This document shows, in pieces, positions 39,061 through 49,789 of a stretch of DNA of 64,000 nucleotides. Under the pieces are notes generated by a model. The model had not been told where the DNA came from and ran no database searches. It was given only the letters and a program-made list of their open reading frames with translations. The translations under genes and the position numbers were made by a program. This DNA is from an uncultured Candidatus Saccharibacteria bacterium (GTDB lineage: Bacteria; Patescibacteriota; Saccharimonadia; Saccharimonadales; CAIOMD01): positions 192,830 to 256,829 of the forward strand of contig OY970318.1 of the NCBI GenBank assembly GCA_963716565.1. The letters are read 5' to 3'. The first letter of the stretch is position 1. The number at the start of each line of letters is the position of its first letter.

Positions 39061-39173
39061 CTGCCGGTACATAAAGAATCCCTTGGTGAGTCGATAAGTC
39101 CGGGTTTAAAACGGAAACTGCCGCGCCACCAAGCATTTTTATGCTCAAAAAGCAGTAATAACACCTACAAAGT

Positions 39174-39785
39174 ATGAAAGCATTAATTACCAGAAAAATC
39201 GGTATGACCAGCATCATTGCTGATAATGGCGACATGCAAGCTGTAACTTTGTTATCGGCTGTGCCATGCGTTGTTACCAGAATTAAAACTGATGACACAG
39301 ACGGTTATCAGGCTATTCAACTTGGATTTGAAGAGTCAAAAAAGCTGTCTAAGCCCGTACTTGGCCAATTTAAGGCATTAAAGACAACCCCAAAGATTTT
39401 GCATGAATTTAGAGTTGATGCAGTAGATGAAAACATGAAGGTCGGCGACGAATTAGGCGCCGATACTTTTGAAGTTGGCGAAAACGTAACCGTGACCGGT
39501 GTAACAAAAGGCAAGGGTTTTGCTGGTACCATTAGGCGCCATAACTTCCATAGAGGCCGTAAGACTCACGGTGGCGGCAGCTACCGTCGTCCAGGTTCAA
39601 TTGGGTCTATGTTCCCTCAAAAAGTGTTTAAAGGCAAACGGATGGCTGGCAGAATGGGCCACGACCAAAAGACCATCAAGAACCTAAAAGTTGCCCTTAT
39701 CGATAACGAAAATCACCTGATTGGTATTGTCGGCGCCGTACCAGGCCCTAAAAAAGGCATTATCTTTTTGAAAGGGATGCTTTAA
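39174..39785 (+). CDS. rplC: 50S ribosomal protein L3
   Basis: Recognisable uL3 sequence (KALITRKIGMT...GKGFAG) at the operon position. Confidence 0.93.
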   Translation: MKALITRKIGMTSIIADNGDMQAVTLLSAVPCVVTRIKTDDTDGYQAIQLGFEESKKLSKPVLGQFKALKTTPKILHEFRVDAVDENMKVGDELGADTFEVGENVTVTGVTKGKGFAGTIRRHNFHRGRKTHGGGSYRRPGSIGSMFPQKVFKGKRMAGRMGHDQKTIKNLKVALIDNENHLIGIVGAVPGPKKGIIFLKGML

Positions 39786-40424
39786 ATGAAAGCTACCATA
39801 TTTAGCCCAACCGGTTCCAAAACAGAGAGCACCATTGATTTGGTAGCTGGTATTTATAACGTAGAAATCAAGAACCATGAATTGCTAAAAGATACTTACT
39901 TGGCATACCTAAGTAATGGCCGCCAGAACTTGGCCAAAACTTTGAGCAGAGGCGAAGTTAGTGGTGGCGGTAAAAAACCGTGGCGCCAAAAAGGTACTGG
40001 CCGAGCCCGTTTTGGCTCTAGCCGTAACCCAATCTGGCGTGGTGGTGGTGTAGCTTTTGGCCCACAAGGCAACGAAAACTATCACAAAAAAGTTAACTCC
40101 AAAGCCAAGCTGGTAGCTCTTAAGCAGGCGCTTACTCTACAGAACAAAGATAGTAAACTTATAGTAATCGAGACATTTAAGACTGAAGGCAAGGTAAAAG
40201 ATACCTTAAAGCTTTTGAACAAGCTCGAAGCCACAAAGAACGTCTTAATTATTGTTAGCTTATACGATGACCTAGTTGCCAGGGCAACCAATAATTTACC
40301 TAATGTTAAAGCGATGCAGGCCGATAGGCTTAACGTATTCGACTTATTGAATGCCGATACCGTTATAGTTTCTAAAAAAGCTGTTGAATTTATTAACGGC
40401 TGGTTACTAGGGGAGAAGAAATAA
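39786..40424 (+). CDS. rplD: 50S ribosomal protein L4
   Basis: uL4 motifs (GGGKKPWRQKGTGRAR) and operon order. Confidence 0.93.
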   Translation: MKATIFSPTGSKTESTIDLVAGIYNVEIKNHELLKDTYLAYLSNGRQNLAKTLSRGEVSGGGKKPWRQKGTGRARFGSSRNPIWRGGGVAFGPQGNENYHKKVNSKAKLVALKQALTLQNKDSKLIVIETFKTEGKVKDTLKLLNKLEATKNVLIIVSLYDDLVARATNNLPNVKAMQADRLNVFDLLNADTVIVSKKAVEFINGWLLGEKK

Positions 40425-40759
40425 TGAGAGATGTTATAACTCCACGAATCAGCGAAAAAGGCTACGCCTTAGCTACCAAGAACAACGTCTATGTGTTTAA
40501 TGTACCCAAGATTACTAACAAGATCGCCGTTAAAAAGACGATTGAAAAGCTATATAGCGTCAGCGTTATTGATGTAAATATCTTGAACGTCGCCGGCAAA
40601 GTTAAAAGAAGTGTTAAAAAAGGCGGCCGTCAATCTTTAGGCAAAAGAAGTGATTATAAAAAAGCCTACGTTACCTTGAAGGCTGGCCAAAGTATCCCTG
40701 TATATGCCGCCGAAGAAACCGAAAAGGCTGAGAAAACTGACAAGAAGGGTAAAAAATAA
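40424..40759 (+). CDS. rplW: 50S ribosomal protein L23
   Basis: uL23-like sequence and operon order, with a Lys-rich C-terminal tail. Confidence 0.88.
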   Translation: MRDVITPRISEKGYALATKNNVYVFNVPKITNKIAVKKTIEKLYSVSVIDVNILNVAGKVKRSVKKGGRQSLGKRSDYKKAYVTLKAGQSIPVYAAEETEKAEKTDKKGKK

Positions 40760-41600
40760 TGGCCATAAAAACCCTTAACCCCACCACTCCTGGTCAACGC
40801 CAGATGACTACTCAAGACTTTTCGGGTATTACTACCAATAAACCCCTAAAGAGCTTATCGGTCATTAAAAAAGCCCGCAGCGGCCGCAACAACCAAGGCC
40901 GTATTACAACTCGTCATCGCGGCGGTGGTGTTAAACGTTATTATCGTACCGTTAACTTTAAGCTGGCCCCTGGTCTTACCGCCAAGATTGAGGCTATCGA
41001 ATACGATCCTAACCGCAGTGCTAGAATCGCCCGCATACTAGATAACAACAACGAACATCACTATATTATCGCTTCCAGCAGTATGGTTGTTGGCCAAACT
41101 ATTTCTTGCAAAGAAGATGCTGTTATAGATAACGGCAATCGTTTAGCAGTCAAAAATATCCCTGTTGGTACAACTATTTATGCCATCGAACTACAACCTG
41201 GCCGTGGCGCTCAGTTAGCCAGAAGTGCCGGCAGCGGTGCCCAATTGCTAGCTAAAGAAGCGGAGTGGGCCCAAATTAAGTTGCCTAGCGGCGAAGTTAG
41301 AATGATTAGCCTAGAATGCTACGCCAGTATTGGCAATGTTGGTAATGTTCAGCATCAGAATATTAAGATAGGTAAAGCTGGCCGTAAACGCAAAATGGGT
41401 ATTAGGCCTACAGTTAGAGGTGTTGTTATGAACGCCGTAGATCACCCACACGGTGGTGGTGATGGTGGCCGACACCGCATGGCCAAAGCTCCACGCACAC
41501 CATGGGGCCAGAAACACTTGGCTTTAAGACCAGGCACAAGCGTAAGCCTTCTAGCCGTTTTATTGTAAAAGACCGTCACCAAGTAAAGAAGAGAGGTTAA
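40759..41600 (+). CDS. rplB: 50S ribosomal protein L2, one frame break near the 3' end
   Basis: The track ORF ends at 41568 in the wrong frame. Adding one G to the GG at about 41520 restores ...[33 protein letters not shown] with a stop at 41598-41600. Confidence 0.92.
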
Positions 41601-41601
41601 G

Positions 41602-41880
41602 ATGAGTCGTTCTCTAAAAAAAGGACCATTTATAGACTTTAAGCTGGCTAAAAAAGTAGCTGCTCTTAAAGCCGAAGACCGAACTATTATTAAGACTTGG
41701 GCCAGAGCATGTACTATTCCGCCCGATTTTGTTGGCAAAACCATTGCTGTTCATAATGGCAAGGTTCATGTACCGGTTTATATTACCGAAAATATGGTAG
41801 GCCATAAGCTTGGTGAATTTTCGCCAACCCGAAAATTCCGTGGCCATGGCGGCAAATTAGCTAAAGGCAAGGATAAATAA
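41602..41880 (+). CDS. rpsS: 30S ribosomal protein S19
   Basis: It reads [11 protein letters not shown]...VHNGK..V.V.I...MVGHKLGEF. Confidence 0.95.
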   Translation: MSRSLKKGPFIDFKLAKKVAALKAEDRTIIKTWARACTIPPDFVGKTIAVHNGKVHVPVYITENMVGHKLGEFSPTRKFRGHGGKLAKGKDK

Positions 41881-41891
41881 GGGCTTAAAAG

Positions 41892-42290
41892 ATGATAGTT
41901 AAATCAACCACCAGAGGTGTACGAATTAGCCCACGCAAGATGTCTGTGGTAGCTGCCTTAGTACGTGGCCGAACTGTCGCTGATGCGCTAGTTATTCTAA
42001 GCCATACCGAGCGCCGCAGCGCACTACCTATTTCTAAAGCCATTAAAAGCGTTAAGGCTAACGCCGAATATAATCACAATCTAAAACCAAATACTCTTAC
42101 GATTAAGACTATCACTATTAATCACGGCCAAAGCTTGAAGCGCTATAATCCAGCCGCTCACGGCCGAGCTTTGCCATTCTTGCGTCGATCCAGCCATATC
42201 TTTATAGAACTCGAAGGCGAAGAAAGAGTTGCCAAGAAACCGATTGAAAAAGCCGAAGATGACGATAATTCCAATAAGGAGACCAAGTAA
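41892..42290 (+). CDS. rplV: 50S ribosomal protein L22
   Basis: uL22-like core and operon order. Confidence 0.9.
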   Translation: MIVKSTTRGVRISPRKMSVVAALVRGRTVADALVILSHTERRSALPISKAIKSVKANAEYNHNLKPNTLTIKTITINHGQSLKRYNPAAHGRALPFLRRSSHIFIELEGEERVAKKPIEKAEDDDNSNKETK

Positions 42291-42916
42291 TGGGCCAAAA
42301 AGTTAATCCTATTAGCATGCGCTTGCAGGTAAACAAAGACTGGCGCAGTAAGTGGTTTGCTCCTAAAAAAGATTATGTTAACTTTTTAAAGCAAGACCTT
42401 AGCGTTCGCCGTTTAATAGAAACTAAAATTGGCTCTCGCGGCGCTATCAACAGAGTTATCATCGAAAGGTCGCCTAATCTGGTAACTATAACTATTAACA
42501 CTGCCAAAGCTGGTGTTGTTATAGGCCGCGGTGGTAGCGGTGCCCAAGAGTTAAAAGCAGCTGTTGAAAAGATATATATGATACCCGTTAGAGTTAATAT
42601 TGAAGAAGTTAAAAAGCCCGAAATGCAAGCCAAGCTAGTGGCCGAGAATATTGCTAACCAAATTGAACGCCGTATTGCTTACCGCAGGGCCATTAAGAGC
42701 ACCTCAGCAGCTACCATGCGTGCTGGCGCTAAAGGCGTCCGCATAGAAGTTTCTGGCCGTTTAGGCGGTGCCGAAATGTCTCGTCGTGAAAAATCTATTG
42801 AAGGCTCAGTTCCACTTCATACCATTAGGGCCGACATCGATTATGGCTACGTTCGAGCCAAAACTTCATCCGGTATTATTGGTGTTAAGGTCTGGATTTA
42901 TAAGGGAGAGGCTTAA
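42290..42916 (+). CDS. rpsC: 30S ribosomal protein S3
   Basis: It starts MGQKVNPI and has a KH domain GRGG motif. Confidence 0.95.
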   Translation: MGQKVNPISMRLQVNKDWRSKWFAPKKDYVNFLKQDLSVRRLIETKIGSRGAINRVIIERSPNLVTITINTAKAGVVIGRGGSGAQELKAAVEKIYMIPVRVNIEEVKKPEMQAKLVAENIANQIERRIAYRRAIKSTSAATMRAGAKGVRIEVSGRLGGAEMSRREKSIEGSVPLHTIRADIDYGYVRAKTSSGIIGVKVWIYKGEA

Positions 42917-42920
42917 AGAG

Positions 42921-43334
42921 ATGTTGTTACCTAAGAAGCAAAAGCACCGCAAGGTCTTTAAAGGCCGCGTTAAGGGCCATGCTAGCAAGGGCGAAAAGAT
43001 TGCCTATGGCGACTTTGCTTTGCAATCTATGAGGAACGAACGCATCACTAGCCGCCAAATCGAATCTGCTAGGCAGGCTATGAGCCGCTATACCAAGCGC
43101 GGTGGCAAGATTTGGATTAGAATTTTCCCGCATACTCCCGTTACTAAAAAACCTCTAGACGTAAAAATGGGTGGCGGCAAAGGTTCACCGGAATATTTTG
43201 TAGCCAAAGTTAAGCCAGGCACTATTTTATTCGAAATGAAAGAGGTTACCGAAGAAACCGCCCGTGAAGCTATGCGACTGGCTTCGCACAAACTGCCTGT
43301 TAAAACTAAGTTTATAACCAGAGAGGACGTCTAA
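42921..43334 (+). CDS. rplP: 50S ribosomal protein L16
   Basis: I trimmed track ORF 42768..43334 to the in-frame ATG at 42921 ([16 protein letters not shown]). Confidence 0.93.
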   Translation: MLLPKKQKHRKVFKGRVKGHASKGEKIAYGDFALQSMRNERITSRQIESARQAMSRYTKRGGKIWIRIFPHTPVTKKPLDVKMGGGKGSPEYFVAKVKPGTILFEMKEVTEETAREAMRLASHKLPVKTKFITREDV

Positions 43335-43335
43335 C

Positions 43336-43581
43336 ATGACTGCCAAGACCAAAGAAGTCCCCAAAGAAGTTAAAGTAGCTAAAGATGACAAGGCCGATAA
43401 AAAGATCAGCGTTACTGATGAGATTAAGCAGATGAGATTAGACCTGAGCACTCTAAAGCGCAATACGCTAAACGGCGATGTCCAAAATGTCCGTGCCTAT
43501 AAGTATAAAAGACGCGAGTTGGCTAGATTGCTAACTAGTGTCAATATGGCTAATAAAGAAGCCACCAAGGAGAAAGCATAA
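43336..43581 (+). CDS. rpmC: 50S ribosomal protein L29 (with N-terminal extension)
   Basis: uL29-like core (LSTLKRNTLNGDVQNVRAYKYKRRELARLLT) and operon order. Confidence 0.85.
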   Translation: MTAKTKEVPKEVKVAKDDKADKKISVTDEIKQMRLDLSTLKRNTLNGDVQNVRAYKYKRRELARLLTSVNMANKEATKEKA

Positions 43582-43907
43582 TGGCCCAAAGACTTACCGG
43601 TGAAGTAGTATCCGATAAAGGCGACAAGACAATTGTAGTAGCCATTCATAATCGTAAAACTCACCCCATTTATAAAAAGCAGTATTCCCAAACCAAGAGG
43701 ATTATGGCTCATGATGCCAAAAACGAAGCTAAGCTTGGCGATAAAGTTATAATTGAAGGTTGCCGCCCAATATCTGCTAAAAAGCGCTGGGCATTAGTTA
43801 AAATTGTTGAAACTGCCAAGATTAAACATGTTGAGCCAGAAACCTCTGACGCCAAGGCCTCAGAAGGCAAGCCCAAAGCCACCGTTAAAGAAAACGAGAA
43901 AGACTAG
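43581..43907 (+). CDS. rpsQ: 30S ribosomal protein S17
   Basis: It reads [16 protein letters not shown]...HPIYKK and has a C-terminal extension. Confidence 0.9.
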   Translation: MAQRLTGEVVSDKGDKTIVVAIHNRKTHPIYKKQYSQTKRIMAHDAKNEAKLGDKVIIEGCRPISAKKRWALVKIVETAKIKHVEPETSDAKASEGKPKATVKENEKD

Positions 43908-43909
43908 CC

Positions 43910-44278
43910 ATGATTCAAAAAGAGACCCGTTTAATTGCTTGCGATAACAGCGGCGCCAAAGACTTGCTTTGTATTAACGTTTTAGGCGGTAGCCGAAGGC
44001 GTTATGCTCGCGTTGGTGACATTATTGTAGCTAGCGTTAAAACGGCTAATCCAGCTGGCAACACCAAGCGCAAACAGGTTGTTAAGGCCGTTATAGTACG
44101 CACCAAGAGCACTATCCGCCGCAAAGATGGCTCTACTATTAGATTCGACGATAACGCTGCTGTAATAATTGATGACGACAAACAGCCTAAGGCTACTAGA
44201 ATCTTTGGCCCTGTACCACGCGAATTACGCGAACTGGGTTATGCCAAGATTATCAGCTTAGCTCCGGAGGTACTATAA
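43910..44278 (+). CDS. rplN: 50S ribosomal protein L14
   Basis: It reads [17 protein letters not shown]. Confidence 0.95.
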   Translation: MIQKETRLIACDNSGAKDLLCINVLGGSRRRYARVGDIIVASVKTANPAGNTKRKQVVKAVIVRTKSTIRRKDGSTIRFDDNAAVIIDDDKQPKATRIFGPVPRELRELGYAKIISLAPEVL

Positions 44279-44279
44279 A

Positions 44280-44615
44280 GTGAAGGCTGCTAAACTATTT
44301 AAAATTCGCTTGCGAAAAGGCGACCAAGTGATTGTTCTGGGCGGCAAAGACAAGGGCCGAACTGGTGTTATTACAGTAGTGCACCCAGCCTTAAACAAGG
44401 TTACCGTAGAGGGTATCAATGTTTTTAAAAAGCATCTTAAGCCTAACAAGAAGTACCCCCAAGGCGGCATCATTGATATTACCAAGCCAATCTGGGTATC
44501 CAAGGTGGCTATTTATGAACCTACTACCAAAAAAGCCAGCCGTATTGCTTATAAATTCGACAAAGAAGGCAAGAAGGTCCGCGTATATGCCAAAACTAAG
44601 CAGGAGGTTAAGTAA
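44280..44615 (+). CDS. rplX: 50S ribosomal protein L24
   Basis: GTG start, a KOW motif (KGDQVIVLGGKDKGRTG) and operon order. Confidence 0.9.
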   Translation: MKAAKLFKIRLRKGDQVIVLGGKDKGRTGVITVVHPALNKVTVEGINVFKKHLKPNKKYPQGGIIDITKPIWVSKVAIYEPTTKKASRIAYKFDKEGKKVRVYAKTKQEVK

Positions 44616-45199
44616 TGGACAAAGTTGCTAACAAACCCGCTACTACCGCTAGATTGAAAGAGTTGTACTTTAAGCAGTACCGCCAAGAATTGCAAAAAGA
44701 ACTTGGCATTGATAACTTATATGCCGTACCTAAAATCGAAAAAATCGTTCTAAATATTGGCACTGGTAAGTTTAGTGACGATAAAAAGTCTGTAGAGACT
44801 GCCATTAATACCCTAAGGAAAATCACTGGCCAACAGCCCATAAAGACTATTGCCAAAAAGAGCATCGCCGCCTTTAAGTTGCGCGAGGGTAGCGAAATAG
44901 GGCTAAAAGTTACTTTGCGTGACCAAATTATGTATGAGTTCTTAGACAGATTTATTAACATCATCTTACCTCGCTTCAGAGACTTCCATGGTGTATCAAT
45001 GAAGGCTTTCGACAAGCAAGGCAACTACAGTGTTGGCCTAAAAGACCAATCTGTTTTCCCGGAACTAAGTTTTGAAGAAACTACCTTTTTACACGGTTTA
45101 CAAGTGATTATTGTTATAAAGAATTCAAATGATGTTAATAAAAGTTATGCATTGCTAAGTAAATTTAGCATGCCATTTGAACCAAGAAAGGACGCATAG
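44615..45199 (+). CDS. rplE: 50S ribosomal protein L5
   Basis: uL5-like sequence ([16 protein letters not shown]) and operon order. Confidence 0.93.
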   Translation: MDKVANKPATTARLKELYFKQYRQELQKELGIDNLYAVPKIEKIVLNIGTGKFSDDKKSVETAINTLRKITGQQPIKTIAKKSIAAFKLREGSEIGLKVTLRDQIMYEFLDRFINIILPRFRDFHGVSMKAFDKQGNYSVGLKDQSVFPELSFEETTFLHGLQVIIVIKNSNDVNKSYALLSKFSMPFEPRKDA

Positions 45200-45201
45200 T
45201 T

Positions 45202-45471
45202 ATGGCTAAGAAATCTATACTTGCTCGGGACTTAAAACGCCAAAAACTATATTTAAAATACGCCACCAAACGGGCTGAATTAAAGCGACTAGGCGATAGT
45301 GAAGGCTTAGCTGCGTTACCAAGGAATTCTAGCCCCACCAGATTAAAAAACCGCTGCAGTGAAACTGGTCGACCCCGCGGTTATATGCGTACTTTCGGTT
45401 TAAGCCGTATCAGCTTTAGAGAACACGCTTCCAAGGGTGAAATCCCTGGAATCCATAAGTCAAGTTGGTAA
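45202..45471 (+). CDS. rpsN: 30S ribosomal protein S14 (long, non-zinc form)
   Basis: The 89-aa product lacks CxxC pairs. It carries the RLKNRC..TGRPRGY..FGLSRI.FRE motif. Confidence 0.92.
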   Translation: MAKKSILARDLKRQKLYLKYATKRAELKRLGDSEGLAALPRNSSPTRLKNRCSETGRPRGYMRTFGLSRISFREHASKGEIPGIHKSSW

Positions 45472-45474
45472 TAA

Positions 45475-45888
45475 TTGGAGAATATGAATATGATGACATC
45501 AACAGATCCCATCGCCGATATGCTAACCCGAATCCGTAACGCCATTGCTATTAATCGTTCTACCGTTGCGATGCCGCATAGCAATACCAAGCAAAGAGTT
45601 GCTGAAGTACTCAAAGACAGCCGCTTTGTTAGTGATTTTAGTGTTAGCGGCGAAAAAGGTTTTAAAACCTTAACGATTACCATCAACAGCGAAGAAACCA
45701 ATGCCAAAATTACCGAAATTGAGCGAATCAGCAAGCCAGGCCGTAGAGTATACAGCCAAGCTAAGAACATCCCTAAAGTCAAAAGCGGCCGTGGTATGGT
45801 AGTTATTTCTACCAGCCAAGGCATTATGTCTGGCAATGCAGCCAAGCAAGCAGGCCTAGGCGGCGAATTAATATGCAAGGTTTATTAA
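45475..45888 (+). CDS. rpsH: 30S ribosomal protein S8
   Basis: It contains DPIADMLTRIRNA. The start may instead be ATG 45484. Confidence 0.93.
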   Translation: MENMNMMTSTDPIADMLTRIRNAIAINRSTVAMPHSNTKQRVAEVLKDSRFVSDFSVSGEKGFKTLTITINSEETNAKITEIERISKPGRRVYSQAKNIPKVKSGRGMVVISTSQGIMSGNAAKQAGLGGELICKVY

Positions 45889-45889
45889 T

Positions 45890-46435
45890 ATGAGTCGTAT
45901 CGGAAGATCACCAATTACTGTGCCGTCTAACGTGACTATCACGGTAGATGATGAGTTTATTACCGTTAATGGCCCCAAAGGCTCCTTAAAGCAGTTTACT
46001 ATGGAAGGTATCCAAGTCGTACAAGAAGCCGATAGCTACGTTGTTAAACGGGATAGCGAAGATCGCTATGTTCGTTCTAAGCACGGTTTAATGCGCACCT
46101 TGGTTGATAATATGGTTACTGGTGTTAGCCAAGGCTTTGTTAAGAAACTAGAAATTAATGGTGTTGGTTACCGCGCCGCTGTTGAAGGTAGCAAGCTTAA
46201 ATTAACAGTTGGCTTTAGCCATCCGGTCAATTACGAAATTCCCCAAGGCATTACTATTGCTGTAGAACAGAACATCATTACTGTTAGTGGCGTTTCTAAG
46301 CAACAAGTTGGTCAGGTCGCTGCCGAAATCCGAGCCATTAAGAAACCTGAACCTTATAAGGGCAAGGGTATAAAATATACTACCGAAAGAGTCATTCGTA
46401 AAAGCGGTAAGTCAGGGAAGGATAAGACGGCTTAA
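45890..46435 (+). CDS. rplF: 50S ribosomal protein L6
   Basis: It starts MSRIGRSPI and contains GVGYRA. Confidence 0.94.
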   Translation: MSRIGRSPITVPSNVTITVDDEFITVNGPKGSLKQFTMEGIQVVQEADSYVVKRDSEDRYVRSKHGLMRTLVDNMVTGVSQGFVKKLEINGVGYRAAVEGSKLKLTVGFSHPVNYEIPQGITIAVEQNIITVSGVSKQQVGQVAAEIRAIKKPEPYKGKGIKYTTERVIRKSGKSGKDKTA

Positions 46436-46437
46436 TT

Positions 46438-46788
46438 ATGAGTAAAATTGATACCAAATCACGCAGAGCTTTAAGAAAAACCCGCGTAAGAGCAACTGTA
46501 AGCGGCACTACTGAAAGACCTAGGTTATGCGTTAACATCAGCCTTAAGCACATCAGTGCCCAGATTATTGATGATACAAAGTCTGTTTCTATTGTATCGG
46601 CTACCACTGTTGGCAAGGCGCTGCCTGGTACTATGACCGAAAAGGCAACCCTAGTAGGCCAAGAAATTGCCAAGAAAGCTTTAAAGCATAAGATTAAGAA
46701 AGTAGTTTTAGACCGCAGCCACCGGCTTTACCACGGTCGTATTAAGGCATTAGCTGATGCAGCCCGCCAGGAAGGTTTGGAGTTTTAA
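46438..46788 (+). CDS. rplR: 50S ribosomal protein L18
   Basis: uL18-like sequence (RPRL.V..S.KHI.AQIIDD) and operon order. Confidence 0.92.
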   Translation: MSKIDTKSRRALRKTRVRATVSGTTERPRLCVNISLKHISAQIIDDTKSVSIVSATTVGKALPGTMTEKATLVGQEIAKKALKHKIKKVVLDRSHRLYHGRIKALADAARQEGLEF

Positions 46789-46789
46789 T

Positions 46790-47332
46790 ATGGTACAACA
46801 AGGCCAAGATAGATCCCGTAACCCGCGCAACAACCGAGGCGAAGAAGAAGAGAAAATGTTTGACGAGCGAGTAGTAAGCGTTGATCGCGTAGCTCGAGTC
46901 GTTAAAGGTGGACGCCGTTTTAGATTCCGCGCTTTAGTATTAGTTGGTGATAAAAAGAACCGCGTTGGCGTTGGAATCGCCAAGGGCGCTGACGTCACCT
47001 CTGCCGTAACTAAGGCTGTAGAAATTGCTAAAAAACGCCTAGTAACCGTTCATTTGTATAAACAAACTATCCCCCACGAAACCGAGGCCTCTTTGGCTGG
47101 CGCTCATGTGATTATTAAGCCGGCTAGTTCCGGTACCGGTATTATCGCTGGCGGTGTAGTTAGAATGGTTTTAGAGTTAGCCGGCGTTAGAAATGCTTTG
47201 AGTAAATCATTGGGTTCGTCTAACAAGATTAATATCGCCTATGCCACTATTGATGCTTTACAAAAGTTAGTACCCGCCAAAGACTGGGTGACTAACAGCG
47301 ATGCTAAACCAAAGGCGCTCAAGAAAGATTAA
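46790..47332 (+). CDS. rpsE: 30S ribosomal protein S5
   Basis: I trimmed track ORF 46757..47332 to the ATG at 46790. It contains VDRVARVVKGGRRFRFRALVLVGD. Confidence 0.92.
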   Translation: MVQQGQDRSRNPRNNRGEEEEKMFDERVVSVDRVARVVKGGRRFRFRALVLVGDKKNRVGVGIAKGADVTSAVTKAVEIAKKRLVTVHLYKQTIPHETEASLAGAHVIIKPASSGTGIIAGGVVRMVLELAGVRNALSKSLGSSNKINIAYATIDALQKLVPAKDWVTNSDAKPKALKKD

Positions 47333-47334
47333 TT

Positions 47335-47817
47335 ATGAAATACCACGAACTTGAAGTAAAAAGATTTAAGAATAAGAAACGCGTTGGCCGAGGCATCAGC
47401 GCTGGCCAAGGTATGACAGCTGGCCGTGGTACAAAAGGCCAGAATTCTCGTAAGAGCGGTCCGCCACGACCTGGTTTCGAAGGCGGCCAAACTCCGTTAT
47501 CGCAGCGTTTGCCTAAATTGCGCTCAGTCGCTAAGGGTAGCTTGGCTCGTTCTGCTAAAAAAGCTAAAGCCCAAAACGTATATACTGGCGACTTGAATCA
47601 ATTTGCCAACAAAACCGTCGATAATTTTAGTCTAGCCGATGCCGGAATAATTACCACTCCATATTGTCGCGTAAAATTGATCGTTAAAGGTGAACTAAAA
47701 AATAAAGTTACAGTTAATTTAGAAGCTGCCAGCAAATCAGCCATTGAAGTTGTTAAAAAGGCTGGTGGAGCTTATACCAAGACCAAGCCGGTCTTTAAAA
47801 CTGCTAAGCAAAAATAG
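47335..47817 (+). CDS. rplO: 50S ribosomal protein L15
   Basis: It contains RVGRGISAGQG.T.GRG.KGQ. It starts 2 nt after the rpsE stop, so no L30 gene lies between them. Confidence 0.93.
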   Translation: MKYHELEVKRFKNKKRVGRGISAGQGMTAGRGTKGQNSRKSGPPRPGFEGGQTPLSQRLPKLRSVAKGSLARSAKKAKAQNVYTGDLNQFANKTVDNFSLADAGIITTPYCRVKLIVKGELKNKVTVNLEAASKSAIEVVKKAGGAYTKTKPVFKTAKQK

Positions 47818-47929
47818 TTTAGTTCTATTGTTAATTTGACTGCTGCTTGTTGTACAAGTGGTCACTCCCTTGTGTTACAATAATCAAAGTCTTGTTTTAT
47901 AAAAACTTAGTTGAGGGTAAAAATCACTA

Positions 47930-49447
47930 ATGAATTGGCGAATTATTCTAAAGTCTTTTGCTAGCCCCGATATGCGCAAGAGGATATTGGCCGTGCTGGG
48001 CATGTTGATTGTCTTTAGATTTTTAGCTCATATACCCATACCACTAGCCGAGCCTACCCAGTTAAAACAAGTTTTAGACAACGTCTTTAATCAAACTAAC
48101 TCTACCCAGTTGCTCAGCTTCTTAAACATAATGGGTGGCGGTGCGTTAGCTAATTTTTCGATTATGCTGGTTGGGCTGGGGCCATACATCAATGCCTCCA
48201 TTATCATGCAGCTGTTAACTAAAGCCATACCTAAACTAGAATTACTCAATAAAGAGGGCGAATACGGCCGCAAAAAAATACAGCAGTGGACTCGTATGAT
48301 TACATTCCCGCTAGCTGCTATTCAATCTGTTGGTATGATCTTCTTGGTTCGTCAATCAGCGGCAGCCTATGGCGGATTAGGAGACCTAATGGCCAGCCCG
48401 TCAATGAGCCAGTGGATTCTAATGATATCCGCTCTAACGGGCGGGGCAATGCTACTAATGTGGTTTGGCGAATTAATCACCGAACGGGGTATCGGTAACG
48501 GTATTTCGCTACTAATCACCGTTGGTATAGTTTCTAGCTTGCCTCAAATAATTGCCGGTTTAGTAGGCTCCGTGGCCAATAGTGAAGCGCATTTTAAAAT
48601 ATTCGGTCATTTTGACTTGCCAATTAATGGTAAGGCCCTATTAACATCTTTGATAATACTACTTGCCGGTTTAATAGTAACGATATTCGTAGTTTACATA
48701 AATGAAGCTCAGCGGCGTATTGTGATTAGCTACGCTAAACGATTGCAGGGTAACCGCGTTTATGGCGGGATCACCACTACTTTGCCAATCCGCCTAGTAA
48801 CGGCCGGGGTTATACCTATTATCTTTGCATTGGCTTTTCTTTCTATACCGGCCTTTGTTGGCCAACTGCTCAGCCAAAGCGGTAGCGCTGGCTGGCAGGC
48901 CTTTGGCACTAATCTAGTAAAATGGTTTCAGAGCCCAACCTCTACAAGCTTAGCCGAAGGCGGTTGGCAGATATTACTATACCCAGTAGCCTACTTTTTA
49001 TTGGTATTCATCTTTACCTTTTTCTATACCGGTATTGTGTTTAACTCTAAAGAGATAGCCGAGAACCTTCAAAAGCAGGGCGGTTTTATTGACGGAGTTC
49101 GCCCTGGCCAACAAACAGCCACTCATTTGATGAAAGTAGTTAACAGATTAACTCTGTTTGGTGCTTTAGCTTTGGCCCTTCTAGCTGTCTTACCAATTAT
49201 TGGCCAAGCTATTCTGCACAATAACCAGATATCCATAGGCGGCACCAGTATATTAATTCTTGTATCGGTGGCACTAGAAACTATGCGTCAGCTCGAATCT
49301 AGAGCTTTAATGATTACTTACGACGATTACACCATAGACATATCCGAAAATAATCGTAAAAAGTCTGGCCGCCTTAAAAAGCTGTTTTTGAAAAATAAGG
49401 AAAAACCCAATAAAACTCTTTACATCTCAGGCAATAGTGTTGTATAA
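47930..49447 (+). CDS. secY: Preprotein translocase subunit SecY
   Basis: 505 aa, 10-TM-like profile, SecY motifs (LGPYINASIIMQLL, GIGNGISL). A C-terminal basic tail extends it. Confidence 0.93.
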   Translation: MNWRIILKSFASPDMRKRILAVLGMLIVFRFLAHIPIPLAEPTQLKQVLDNVFNQTNSTQLLSFLNIMGGGALANFSIMLVGLGPYINASIIMQLLTKAIPKLELLNKEGEYGRKKIQQWTRMITFPLAAIQSVGMIFLVRQSAAAYGGLGDLMASPSMSQWILMISALTGGAMLLMWFGELITERGIGNGISLLITVGIVSSLPQIIAGLVGSVANSEAHFKIFGHFDLPINGKALLTSLIILLAGLIVTIFVVYINEAQRRIVISYAKRLQGNRVYGGITTTLPIRLVTAGVIPIIFALAFLSIPAFVGQLLSQSGSAGWQAFGTNLVKWFQSPTSTSLAEGGWQILLYPVAYFLLVFIFTFFYTGIVFNSKEIAENLQKQGGFIDGVRPGQQTATHLMKVVNRLTLFGALALALLAVLPIIGQAILHNNQISIGGTSILILVSVALETMRQLESRALMITYDDYTIDISENNRKKSGRLKKLFLKNKEKPNKTLYISGNSVV

Positions 49448-49469
49448 TCGAGCGACGCTTTAAGGATTT

Positions 49470-49691
49470 ATGGTTAACAACAAGGAAGTTATAGAACTCA
49501 ACGGTATAATTGTCGAAACCCTTCCGGGGACGCAGTTTAAGGTTGAGCTCGAAAACGGCCATAGAATCATAGCTCACGTCGCCGGCAAGATGCGCAAGCA
49601 TTTTATCCGTATCGTACCGGGCGACAGCGTGACGGTAGAATTGACACCTTACGATCTTACTAAGGGTCGGATAACCTATCGCAAGTCATAA
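49470..49691 (+). CDS. infA: Translation initiation factor IF-1
   Basis: 73 aa with an S1-like fold sequence ([28 protein letters not shown]...GRI.YR). Confidence 0.93.
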   Translation: MVNNKEVIELNGIIVETLPGTQFKVELENGHRIIAHVAGKMRKHFIRIVPGDSVTVELTPYDLTKGRITYRKS

Positions 49692-49789
49692 TATTAAGTG
49701 CAGTGTGTCCTTGGCTCTTGTAGCTACAAGGATCCGCATTAACGGCAATTTAAGCCGAAATACCAGAGTAAAGGAGAACTTATAAAGGT

